DNA of 64,000 nt, from assembly GCF_006345805.1 (NCBI RefSeq), contig NC_043000.1, positions 53,754,001 to 53,818,000 of the forward strand. The letters run 5' to 3'. The DNA comes from Octopus sinensis (Eukaryota). The notes below the pieces were generated by a model. That model had not been told where the DNA came from. It made no database searches and was given only the letters and a program-made list of their open reading frames with translations. Both the position numbers and the translations under genes were made by a program. Of this stretch, positions 52,226 to 64,000 are shown piece after piece. Within the stretch, counting starts at the first letter, position 1. The number at the start of each line of letters is the position of its first letter.

Positions 52226-55200
52226 TATATTCAGAAATAAGTTGATATTTAGTTATAAAACCAGCAGGAAGAGAGATTTGAAACCTTAACTCGTGAATTA
52301 CAAACAAAATTTATATTATAATACAAGCACTATTTTATAAATGTAATTTTTTTATGAATATCACAAATGCGGTGCCGATATTATCATATTTGTTTTGTAC
52401 AGAAAAATATACTTTCTGTAAACTCAGCCAATACAGTATAAAGGAATATTATCTGTCTCTTACTAAACATGTCTTCCTGGACGCTCTAATCCCATTCAGC
52501 TTACTCGACATTCTCTTCACATGAATTTCTCACACCATAAACCATAAACGCAAAATTTTCAACTTTAATATGAAGCTGAATTATTCACGAATAACCTGAA
52601 ATTGAATTACTTTTGTTAGATTTCAAGTGCAATCAAATAACATGCAGTAATTCCAAGTCCAACGTCTACCACGTTAACTTGATAAGCGTAGGCTCTGCGC
52701 TTTGAGGATCGTACTCTCTTCAGCAGTGATATATAATAACACAGTATACATACAACCTGCATATGGTATCAAGGCTCACTGTAAATACATGTAAGATCCA
52801 ATGAAACAAACGTATACATTGTACACATTCATTCAAGTCAAGTGATATTCGTAATTGAATCTCTTCATCAGCATCCATCTGGAAATAAGTGGGTAGCAGA
52901 ATGAAACATTGTCTAACAAAGTAAGTATGACAACCTCAAATATAAATACGAAGCTACTAAATCTTCTATTTCAAGCTTACCATAATACTGCCTCAATCCT
53001 TTGGGTACAATATTTCTACGCTTGGAATTCATTTTCTGGCTGCACACACAAGCAGTTTGATGCCACTATCCTTACTGTGCCGAGGAAGATGCTGCAAAAA
53101 TCATACGTACCTTGTAGAAATCTATGTACCACACATGCTACTGTGAATAGCCCATAAAATTAAATCTAAATATCATAATTAGATATATGATCAAATATGC
53201 TTAAGCTGCCTTTATTTTGTGCTAGTTTAGAGTGTATCCCATTTACAATTACTGGTATACAGATGGGCTCAAATTTGCTGAAGAAATGACCTCTACGTCT
53301 TCACAAACAACGAAGATAGAATTTTTCCAGAAAGAATACCAATCTCATGTTAACCAGAAATGACATAGAAAACGTATTGAAAACAGCAAAGTTTGCCGAA
53401 TGATGGGTTTGGCCAGCAATTCCGTGGGTGGGTTTGTAATCTAATGGTCTTCCTTGGTAACATCCAAAAGTAGTGGTCGTTTTCAGATAGAATTTAGGTT
53501 TCTCACTGTATATTTACCTTTACATTATATATTTGTGGAAAATACTTTGTTGATATCAATTCAACTATAATTGTACTTCATAAAATATTAAGAAACAAAT
53601 GGAGTGGACAATAAAGGTTATAAATCCTACATTGTTAATTTCAAATAGTGACAACATTCACAAAAGCTGAAGTTGTTAAAACAAAACTCCAAAAATTCTC
53701 AAGCAATAAATGAAAGAGAAACATACTAATTTAATATCATATCAGAATACAGAGATCGTCACAACGTTTATGCCAGAAATGCCAATTTAGCTTCCCTATA
53801 ACCAACAAAATCTTCAAGGATAGAATAACAGCAACACCATCAATAACAAAATTTTTGCCCAAATTATGCGCAAAAGGTAAAGTGTATGTTCGTACATGGT
53901 AGTGGTAATCTATGGTTAAAGCTTTGGCAATTTATAGTTAAAGATGTGGACAACATATTGTTAATATTAACCTTTTATGTAAATCGCACTTGGGAACATC
54001 ACAGTAAATTTCTTTTTGCTTATTTACCATTAGACAATTGTTTTTTTTAATATTTTCTGATTACATCATGATCAAATTGTTTTAGTCACATTTGCATCTA
54101 ATCAATCTAGTTCTATGGTTCAACGAAACACTTGTACAAATCATTAATTGACTGAATAATGTTTGAAGAGATATGTTAACCTTGTGCTACGTTTGAAATT
54201 TACTTTGGACTTGTTAATCTGATCCAACATTATTCTTGTTCAATATGTTCTTGCATATCTTTATTCTGGGCTGAGCGTTTCACCTTGTTTCTTATCAATG
54301 GCTTCAACAGTTTCTGTGGCTTGTCCAAAAGGCGAAGATGTTGCAGGTATTCATCAGAAATTCTCTCAAATACTGAAAATAAATGTGTACTCTGATATGA
54401 TAGGTATTTGAATTGTTGACAGGAATTTCAAGACATTAATTGTATCCCTTGCTTTAACAGTGCTAATATTTCGTTTTAGAAAATTGTGAAGAGCTACTAA
54501 TATTTCTCTATTGTTTTGTAATTCCTGCGTTTTCCAAATCAATTTTTTAGAACACAAATCAGACAATTTCAAGCTGCTTAAAATGTTTCAGATAACGTCA
54601 TCCTCGTAGGCCATGCCTTAGATAAGTTCTGTTCATGGAACATATCTTTCATAAACTCAATTTGTAGAAAATATTTTAGATAAAGCCAAATTTCAGATAT
54701 CACAGATATTGCCAATTTTAGAACACACTAAGTTAACCTCTATATCTTAGAAAACCTAAGATAATTTCACTTTGTATAGGACATCTCAAATACTCTCAAT
54801 TCGTTAGTTAACATAAATGTTTACAACAAGTCTATAATATCGATTCGTAGAACATTCAAATAAACGCATATTATGCAATATACTCATATCAGTTCAATTC
54901 GTAGAACTTATTTTAGTTCTGTTTAGAACTTATATCAGATATCAGAAAATAAAAGTTACATTTTCAAATTTATCAACTCATCTGAAACAACTCAATTTAT
55001 ACGAATGGTCATATTTCAAACTGATTGGTTAGGTGTTTGTGGATTTTTTTTTTCTTTTTGAAAATATACTTTTCTAACATTTGTTTAAACATTTCTGATA
55101 TTTCCATAACAGAACTTTCACTATATTTAGATTGCAGATGGCAATTCATTTCTACATTTTATATAGATTTTACATCTTGGGAATGTGCAGTAGAATAAAT

Positions 55201-55754
55201 TAATAAATATATCTCAGGAGTCCATGAAAAAGACAATATACTTTGTTGCGGTTATTATAATAATGCTTCTGCTTCTAAGGGTTTTTGTGTTTCTATTTCT
55301 AGGCCACAAGTAAAAAATTGCTTCGGAGTATTGGGATTAGATGTTAAGCTATGTAGATATTGATTTCGATTGGTTATTTTTGTTTCTAGATTCTTTATAT
55401 TCGGCTAGATCTCTCTAGTATAATTATCCCCGGAAGTGTATAATATAGAAATCTATTTCACAAATACTGTCGTGATATATCGTATTTGTGTAATTAGCAC
55501 TCAACCATTTCATTAATTAACATTCGATACAGGTAGTGCTTGCAAAGTTCATCAGATAAAATCATGTTCAATATAATGATTAATGTAATGAGTGCATTAT
55601 CTAGAATCTTCTCTGTATATGTACATATAGGTATTATATATTTTATGCATATGTATATATGACCGAACATTCGTACATACGTATAGTGCGTGGATTTGAT
55701 TATATATGTCTATATGTATATATGATTATACGTGTGTGTGTGTCTGTTTGTTCG

Positions 55755-56035
55755 TCATCATCATCATCATCAACAGCAGCAGCATCGTCGTCGTCATCGT
55801 CATCATATAACGCCTGTTTGCAATGCTGACATGGGTTGGAAGATTTGACAGGATCTGGCCAACTGAGCAGCTGCCCAAGTTCTATTTCTCTGTTTCGGCA
55901 TGGTTTCTACGGCTAAATGCCCTTCCTAACATCAACCAGTTCAGAAAATCTACTCGGTGCTTTTTACGTAGCAGCAGCACCGACGCTTTTATGAGGCACC
56001 CGCACCGGTGCTTTTATGTCACAAGATTTACTTCT
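55755..56035 (-). mobile_element. RTE-type LINE/SINE 3' end with (GAT)n tail
   Basis: (cat)n followed by atgctgacatgggttgga..ggtttctacggctaaatgcccttcctaac and short gtgctttt repeats; recognised as a common RTE-tail repeat. Confidence 0.5.
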
Positions 56036-56089
56036 CTTGCGAGTGTTTTTCAACATACAGCGATTGAAGGATAAGAGATGTTATACTAT

Positions 56090-57330
56090 TACTGAAAGCT
56101 TGCAGGAGAGAAAGTGGCAGGGGCAGTAGCAAAATGTCTTCATGTAATAAAACACATGTATTAAAATTGATAGGGTTTTTCTAAAAATGTGGTCAATACT
56201 TGTCAGCACAGTCTTTTGGATCTCTGACAGACATGCTTATCCTAGAATACTATCTCGATGTTTCTGACATCCCTTTCTTATACCTAGGGCATTCACAGTA
56301 ACAGGAACAGTACTCGATTTAAGATGCTTCATCTATTTGTATTTCAATTCCCAGGTCTTAATATTTACTTTATTTGTTCAATTCCTTTACAGATATATTT
56401 TTATCAGTGGGAACACTTGCATCTATTAATCTACAAGTATTTTCCTATCTGTATTTAATGACTATGTCTGGTCGAATTGCCTGCATCGTTCTGTCAGATT
56501 TGATTGAAAACTCCCAGTGGATAGTGACATTTTTACTTTCAACGACCCGCACAAGATAATTCTTGTACCAGTAAGTAACAGTGTTTATTTTGTAGTGTTT
56601 ACATATTTTACAATATAAATACTGTCCTACCCTATCGTGGCAAGTTTTGTATTCGTTTGGTATCAGCACAGGACATCAAAAGAAGAGATTGTGTATTTCT
56701 CCATCAAATTTATCGCAAAATAAGCATTTAGGGTCAGAACCGTGATGAGGAACGTTAGCCTGGCAATTTTTGGCAAGTAAGCTTTGATCATGTGCCGGCA
56801 ATATGAAACCTTCAGTCTCTGCTTTCAGTCCTGAGCTTCTCAGCAACCGATGTTGCTTGGTCTACATCAGTATTTCGGCTTCGAACTGTATACTGTCCAT
56901 GGTGGGCTTCTGGCTCCACCACTCCTCAATTTGTCTATGCCCGTTCTCTCTTGTAGTGTGTTTGATCCATTTTACTCTTTTCGTGGCAGTGGTTTCAGGT
57001 TCTTCATTTAACTCAGGGTTAATGCCAAATTCCCTTGCGAATTTGCAAACTTCCTTGGCAAAAGAATGTGATATTTTGCTGCATTCCTGTTTGCACACAA
57101 ACAGCAGCGTCCAGTCCTCTATACTAGATAAGTACTTGTTCATTGCTCTTGTGGAAGGCTTATAGCACAGTTCTACTTGCAGCATTCCTCTCCCCCATTA
57201 CTTCTACTTAAGTAGATAGATCAACATCTGCTTTTAGGTGGTGCATGTTCTTAGATGTTAGTAGTTTTCTTGTCTTCCTGTCCAGGCTTTGCAATTCTGT
57301 AAGATTCCAGTTAATGATGTTAAAGCTGTA
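56090..57330 (-). mobile_element. 5'-truncated R4/Dong-clade non-LTR retrotransposon (RT thumb, CCHC knuckle, restriction-like endonuclease)
   Basis: YSFNIINWNLTELQSLDRKTRKLL..MHHLKADVD..GGRGMLQVE; AETEGFI..HDQSL; KCLFC..IHNL..CPVL..EYKTCHDRV; RPDIVIK..LIDASVPTDKN..KY.DL. Confidence 0.9.
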
Positions 57331-57518
<188 letters not shown>

Positions 57519-58076
57519 GAGTGAGAGAGCAGTGTATGCCATCAAAGTGACAATGGGGTAGAATATACGAAGCCCAGTATACTCATCATGACTATCCGTC
57601 TGATAAGAGTACACAAGGCATATGAATCACAACCATATGTGCGCCGACATGGTGATCTCATATCACGATAAACAGCACATGACCTTGCAGGTGGGGCCCA
57701 GTTAGAATTTCCTTCTGGTCGAGTAACCCATCCCGCTCAAGAGGTCCCTGAATAAGGGTTGCTTAAGGATGTTGAACGAGACCCCCATGTTTCAAGAGCC
57801 GAATTATTCAAACCCCAAAAGAATCTCTCTCAATACATGGCTATGATGCTCCCCCACTACTTCTGCTCGAGATAAGAGATGCAAATATCGTCTGCCACTA
57901 ACGGACATGCTCAACTGGTTACGGTCAAACAACTGACAAGCAAACCTGTGGTATTGAGCAGAATATTTGCTGTAGCCAATCTTTTATACCAAGACAAAAC
58001 AATGTACATGATAACACTTCCAATCAGTTAAGATCAGAAGCCACGAGAGCTACTACCTGGTACTACATCAGGGCAT
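57519..58076 (-). mobile_element. ~560-bp non-coding retroelement in a TAA repeat, copy 1
   Basis: Highly similar to 58089-58807. Flanked by TTA repeats; on the minus strand it ends ..ctctctcactc(AAT)n. Confidence 0.75.
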
Positions 58077-58088
58077 ATTGTTATTATT

Positions 58089-58807
58089 GAGTGAGAGAGC
58101 TGTTCATGCCATCAAAGTGACACTGAGGTAAAATATACGAAGCCCAATATACCCATCATCCCGTCTGATAAAGGTACACCAGGCACATGCATCACAACCA
58201 TATGTGCGCGACATGGTGATCTCATATCAAGATAAACAGCACATGACCTTGCAGGTGGGGCCCAGTTAGAATTTTCTTCAGGTTGTGTAGCCCATCCCGC
58301 TCAAACGGTCCCTGAATAAGGGTTGTTTAAGGATGTTGAAAGAACCACCCATGTTTCCAGATGTGAACTATTCAAACCCCAAAGAATCCCTCTCAACACA
58401 TGGCTATGATGCTCCCCCACTACTTCTGCTCGTGATCAGAGATGCACATATCGTCAGCCACTAAGGGACATGCTCAACTGGTTAAGGTCAAACAACTGAC
58501 AAGCAAATCTGTGGAATTGAGCAGAATATTTGCTGTAGCCAATCTTTTATACCAAGACAAAACAATGTACATGATAACACTTCCAATCAGTTAAGATCAG
58601 AAGCCATGAGAGCCACTGCCTGGTACTGCATCAGGGCATCCTGGTACTGCATCAGGGCATCCTGGTACTGCATCAGGGCATCCTGGTACTGCATCAGGGC
58701 ATCCTGGTACTGCATCAGGGCATCCTGGTACTGCATCAGGGCATCCTGGTACTGCATCAGGGCATCCTGGTACTGCATCAGGGCATCCTGGTACTGCATC
58801 AGGGCAT
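58089..58807 (-). mobile_element. ~560-bp non-coding retroelement, copy 2, with an amplified 5' end
   Basis: Tandem with copy 1, separated by attgttattatt, and followed by (TTA)n at 58810-58873. Confidence 0.75.
58619..58807. repeat. Nine perfect 21-bp tandem repeats (cctggtactgcatcagggcat)
   Basis: Direct count; no spacers. Confidence 0.95.
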
Positions 58808-58819
58808 TTGTTATTATTA

Positions 58820-58874
<55 letters not shown>

Positions 58875-58996
58875 ATTTGATATTGACTAGCACATGGCTA
58901 TCTTTAATTGCATTACCAGTATTCGTATAACTAAAATGAATATATTTGAAGTAATATTATTATTCTTGTTATTTGTAGTAGTAACAATATCAGTAC

Positions 58997-59036
58997 AGTA
59001 GTAGTAGTAGTAGTAGTAGTGTAGTAGTAGTAGTAA

Positions 59037-59080
<44 letters not shown>

Positions 59081-59103
59081 TAGTAGTAGTAGTTGTAGTA
59101 GTA
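58997..59103. repeat. (TAG)n microsatellite
   Basis: Direct reading. Confidence 0.9.
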
Positions 59104-59705
59104 GCAGCAGCAGCAGCGTCGATGCTGTTTGAATAATTCCTAGATAAGCTTTGATTTTTATTTCTAATCTCTCACACCACACTTGACTTCAGTTAGGTTT
59201 TTCTTATAAGGGTTGAAATAATGGAAGATATTGTAATTGTTACTGGAACAGTGATATTTGCATTAGTCACAACGACCGTAACATTATTAAAATTATTATA
59301 TTCAAGGAGATACACTAGATTGTGAATAGATAAGATAGTTTCGTCTATTACAAACTACTATTATAAATGGAAGATTAAGTTTAACAGCGTGAGAGAGCTT
59401 GACTTTAGAAGTTTTAAATCTTGAGTAGTCTTACGCTGAAATGGGAAATTAAACTACGGTATATTAAAAATGAATTTAGGCAGATATTTGACTGGTAAAC
59501 AATAAGGTGATGTTCTAAACAAAATAAACTCTCACATTCTGCATCTTTCATGTTATCGAGGACGCTTTAAATGAGTAGAATATAGCTGAGTCAGACGGTT
59601 CATGGGCCAATATATGTTGTCATACATTGGAATACTCGTGAGAAAAACCGAAGAAATGATTAGGCAGTATTTTCTATCAGTGGGAGAGTTTGAATTAATA
59701 GAGAT

Positions 59706-60008
59706 TTGATTGCTATTTCTCTCAGGCACCACATTAAGTCGAGCAAATCGACCCCAGGACTTATTCTTTGGAAGCCTAGTACTTATTCTCTCGATCTCTT
59801 TTGCCGAACTGCTAGGTTACGGGGACGTAAAGACACCACCATCTGTTGTCAAGCGATGTTGGGGAACAAATCCAGACACACAAACGTATACAAACCTACA
59901 TATATATATATAATAGAAGACACTTGCCCAACGTGCCACGCAATGGAAATGAACCCGGAACCATGTGGTTGGGAAGCAAGCTACTTACTACCAAGCTAGT
60001 CCTGCGCC
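59706..60008 (-). mobile_element. SINE family A, near full-length
   Basis: Reverse tRNA-like head (gaacccggaaccatgtggttgggaagcaag), CORE-like gacacttgcccaa, and body. Confidence 0.8.
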
Positions 60009-60027
60009 TATATATATATATACATAT

Positions 60028-60059
<32 letters not shown>

Positions 60060-60061
<2 letters not shown>

Positions 60062-60290
60062 GTAAATCCCCTCACAAAACAAAGAAGAAACACAAGAAAA
60101 AACAACAACGCGACGACGTGGTACATGCAAAGTATTAGCAGACTTTCAGGGAAAGAATGGCGGTTTTACGTTTCGAGCAAAGATCTTCTTCAGAAACAAG
60201 AGACAGAGAAAAGTCCAAGAGAAAAGGAAGACGGAAGAAAAAATTGCCAACGACTTACATATGGTTACATTTTCAAATCACCGGAACACA
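60060..60290 (-). mobile_element. Short hammerhead-bearing interspersed repeat (PLE pLTR-like), copy 2
   Basis: Homologous to 21170-21410; its 3' end abuts (TA)n. Confidence 0.65.
60163..60197 (-). ncRNA. Minimal type I hammerhead ribozyme motif
   Basis: GUUU-CUGAAGA-A-GAUCuuuGCUC-GAAA-C-GUA-AAAC, with stem III reduced to the palindrome ACGU. Confidence 0.7.
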
Positions 60291-60332
60291 TATACATATA
60301 TATGTATACAGATATAAATATACATGTACATG

Positions 60333-60404
<72 letters not shown>

Positions 60405-61644
60405 TATATATATATATATATATATAAACATATTCACGTGCATATATATCTATTATATACATATTTAGATGTACAAACACACACACACACACACATATGT
60501 ATTTATTTCTCTGCTTGAAGAAAGATTTTCTTAAAATTTAACTGATTAAAAATGTTATAAAAACAGAATATCATGGATATTTAGTATGAAAGTTTCCATA
60601 TACTGTATATATGTGGGTGCGTGTATTTCCATATGTTAATATGTAAGTGTGTATACTTTGATTAAGTTACTTCACTAGATTATATTTTACATTCTGATTT
60701 AAAGCGTTTTGAGCCTTTTGTTTAAAGATGTTTGGTAGTCTGTAGTCGAATCAAAAGATTTGCTGATGTTGATGTTAGTTAAAATGGTTGAAATAGAAAA
60801 TTTTGGCGGTTGTTGAAGTTGTTATATATTCTTTGTATAAAAGTACCCTGATGTGTTAAAATCTCTAAAAATATTTCTGTTCTATGATCTGAAACATGAA
60901 ATGTCTATTGAGAAAAATGGCTTGTTGGTGAGATTTTTCCTTGCTCCATTGAGTAGAGTGAATGATTACGTGCAAAGGCTTTCCTTCATTTGTGATTTTC
61001 TTATTATTCTCAAAAATTTACACGTATGTGTTATTATATACGTATGTATGGGTATCGAAATGAATGAATGGATATGAAAATCAATGTATGCATATGTGTC
61101 CAACTGGGCACCATCGTATAGGAAAATATTGCTATTCAGTTGTAAAATATGATTGAAGAGATGAAGAAAGAGCAAACAGAATTGAGAAAATACTCTGTAT
61201 CATTAAATTCTCGTTGGAATATATTTAACTATTTTATTCAATGTTAAACTTCTGATGAACTTAATGTGCGTATATGTGCATATGAGTGTTTTATGAGTAC
61301 TCACACACACACATACACACATACATACACATACACATACACACTCACACACGCACATCCCAAAATACACACACATATTCAGTTGTGTGTGTGAGGGAGA
61401 GTAATACCTAAAAGGCATTATACTGAAAGTACTTCTAGAATTGATAATAATCAGGTTCATAAGGTTACTGGTTTGCCATTTAATTCAAACAGCAACAAAT
61501 GGATATGGTGGAAAAATGCATAAAAGCAAAAAGAAGAGTCATTTGAGAATTCAGAATTCAAAACAACTATTTGCTTTCACAGCCAGAATAGTTTAAATAT
61601 TTTTAGTGTTCACACCAACACACACACTCACGCATGTATATATA

Positions 61645-61680
<36 letters not shown>

Positions 61681-61877
61681 TGTATGTATGTATGAATGTA
61701 TGTATATACACATACCTGTGTATGCGTATGTTAATGTGTTTATATTTGTATACATGGTTATATATACATGTATACGCACACACACATATATGCATATATA
61801 TCCTCATTTATACAAATTTCAGCACATTTTAACATACACATATACACGTATATATGTATATGTATATGAATGTACAT

Positions 61878-61939
<62 letters not shown>

Positions 61940-62759
61940 TATATATATTATATATATATATATATATATAATATATATATATATTATATATATATATATT
62001 ATATATATATATATATTATATATATATATATACATAGATATATATACTTTACGAACGTATTGGAATTAATGCAGATTTGTTCATTGATCTACAAAGAAAG
62101 TATATTCTAAACATATATTTTTTATGAATTAAATGATATGAACTGCAGAAGATTAATATGTCTAACGGGACTATGTTGATATTGATAATAGTAACTGATA
62201 TAAGTAGTGTTTCTTTTTTTTCTGCTCTAAGAAATCTTGTATTCTCAACGCCATCATTCAATGCTAATGAAGCATTATTTTCAGAGTAAATGTATACATA
62301 TACTAACGTAATAGTGTCACTTGTAGTAAATTAAGCTATTCGATGTGCCTGACATGTCAACATAACATCATAATCATCAACATCAACACGACAAGTACCA
62401 CCCCTACACTTGATCATCTTCATCAACATCATCATCGTCGTCGTCGTCATCATCATCGCCATCATCATCTCGATCATGTGATAATGACATACTGGAATAT
62501 CATTAAATCTAGTAGTATATATTTTTTTGGAAATTACAATCCTCTATTAGTGCTAAAAACCTGAAGGACCATTATATCTGTGGAAGAATGCCTTACAGTA
62601 TTTCTTCCGGCTTCTTACGTCTAGGATTCATAATAGGCTGTAGTTCACCTCACTGCCATCCTCTCAGAGACGAGATAATAAAGCACCAATCAAATGTTTG
62701 GGCCGTTTAATTAACTAGAAGCTTCTCCTTAAATGCATCAAATGGCCTCGCACTGAAAT

Positions 62760-62940
62760 TAGGAAGAGCTTTTTAAATCTGTGAATTGAAAAACCCATTA
62801 GAGCGTCGGAAGAAAACGTTCTGCAGTATTGTATTCTAAGTTTAAATCCCGCTGGAATCAACTTTGATTTTCTTCCTTTCGTTGTCGACGAAATAAAGTA
62901 CCAGTCTAGTACTGTATTCGTTATGATATACTGGTATCTC
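62760..62940 (+). mobile_element. Diverged SINE family B copy
   Basis: ttctaagtttaaatccc..caactttg..ataaagtaccagt. Confidence 0.5.
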
Positions 62941-63564
62941 CTATCAAATTCTATCGATTCTATCGAATTCTTTCATATTCATATTGTTTCTCATCCATCT
63001 TGATTGCTTCATCCTATATGACTAGGCTCCATCCTTCTTCCTCTTTCTAGAAAACCTGCTTCAGCAATTTGAAAGAATTTGTGACTCGGTACCCTGAAAT
63101 CTTTTAAAAATGATTTGGCATAAAAACACAAAATCTTCTGTCTTTATCGTTGCTTTTTAACTTTGATGCATTCACATCGTTTTTCGCTCTTTCACATATT
63201 CTCTTATCCTCTCAAACTGTCATAAAAGAAAACAAAAAATCTTAGTAACGTTCTTCCTCGAACACTTTACCTCTAACCCGAGAAAATCCTATCAAACCAG
63301 CTCTCACCTATTATTTTCTTAGAAATATTGTTGTTTGAGAAACAATTTGTTTGTATGAAACTTTGCAGATTAAAAACTTCCTTCATCGATCTGGCCAAGC
63401 TTTTCGTTTGTCTCTTTAATTATACTGGCGTCAAGTAATGGTTACCATGGTAATTATATCATTACTTTTGGGTTTAACATTATTTTTGCGATTGCAAATA
63501 TTCACTTTTAAAACTAGCTTTCTCAAACACACAGTCGTTTATGTCTACTTTCCTTACATTTCTG

Positions 63565-63965
63565 ACATGGTTATGTAGTAATAAGCTTGCTTCCTAACCA
63601 GATAGTTCCGGGTTCAGTCACACTGCGGATACCTTAGGCGTGGCAACTTAGGCAAGTGTCGTCTACTATGTCCTCAGGCTTACCAAAGCCTTGTGAGGGG
63701 ATTTGATTGACGGAAACTGAAAAAAGCCCGTCGTATATATGTATGTGTGTGTGTGTCTTCATATCTGTGTTTGTCTTCCTGTCATAGCTTGACAACCGGT
63801 GTTGGTTTGCCTACGCCCCCGTAACTTAGCTGTTCAGCTAAAACACAGATAGAATAAGTTAGGCTTGTAAATATGACCTAGCGTCGATTTTTGTTTTGAC
63901 AAAACCACTTTAAGGTGATACTACAGCATGGCTGCAGTCGAATGTTTGAAAGAAGTAAAAAAAAA
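63565..63965 (+). mobile_element. tRNA-derived SINE family A, full-length (CORE-like domain)
   Basis: Head aagcttgcttcctaacca..ccgggttcagtc (B-box like), cttaggcaagtgtc (CORE-like), an internal (TG) tract, and the family A 3' half with an A-rich tail. Confidence 0.8.
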
Positions 63966-64000
63966 TAGAAAAAGGGTGTGTACTAATGGATCCACTTAAA

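Noticed and set aside
52690-52730. Minus-strand CUGAAGA-GAG..CUC-AAAG motif
   Set aside because: G12 and the NUH triplet are missing.
52981-53039. Candidate 59-nt minus-strand exon (QKMNSKRRNIVPKGLRQYY|gtaagc)
   Set aside because: Short and unrecognised; such signals are expected by chance in 64 kb.
58587-58893. Repeat-protein ORFs (MQYQDAL)n / (CPDAVPG)n, or a CRISPR-like array
   Set aside because: A perfect 21-bp tandem repeat without spacers at the end of a non-coding retroelement; open frames follow from the 3n period.

Overview
AT-rich, microsatellite-dense eukaryotic DNA. The SINE and repeat families look like coleoid cephalopod (Octopus-type) repeats; this is recognition, not a database result. 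I could not support any intact host protein-coding gene, so the window reads as intronic or intergenic, and most short ORFs in the track are translations of microsatellites. It is a transposon graveyard. DNA elements: two decayed mariner copies, a Tc1/mariner deletion derivative, a Helitron helicase region with an intact hairpin+CTAG 3' end, a Helentron-associated (HINE/DINE-like) element, a MITE, and a long-TIR element with an 8-bp TSD and GG..CC ends (Merlin-like). Retroelements: several Penelope-like (PLE) remnants, a CR1/L2-group LINE tail, an R4/Dong-clade LINE, and many copies of two tRNA-derived SINE families. Most interesting: (1) several type I hammerhead-ribozyme motifs in PLE-type tails and in short non-autonomous repeats; (2) a cluster of one R4/Dong LINE plus two non-coding ~560-bp elements inside a TAA microsatellite, one with nine perfect 21-bp repeats at its 5' end; (3) ~184-bp circularly permuted tandem SINE multimers; (4) several long palindromes.
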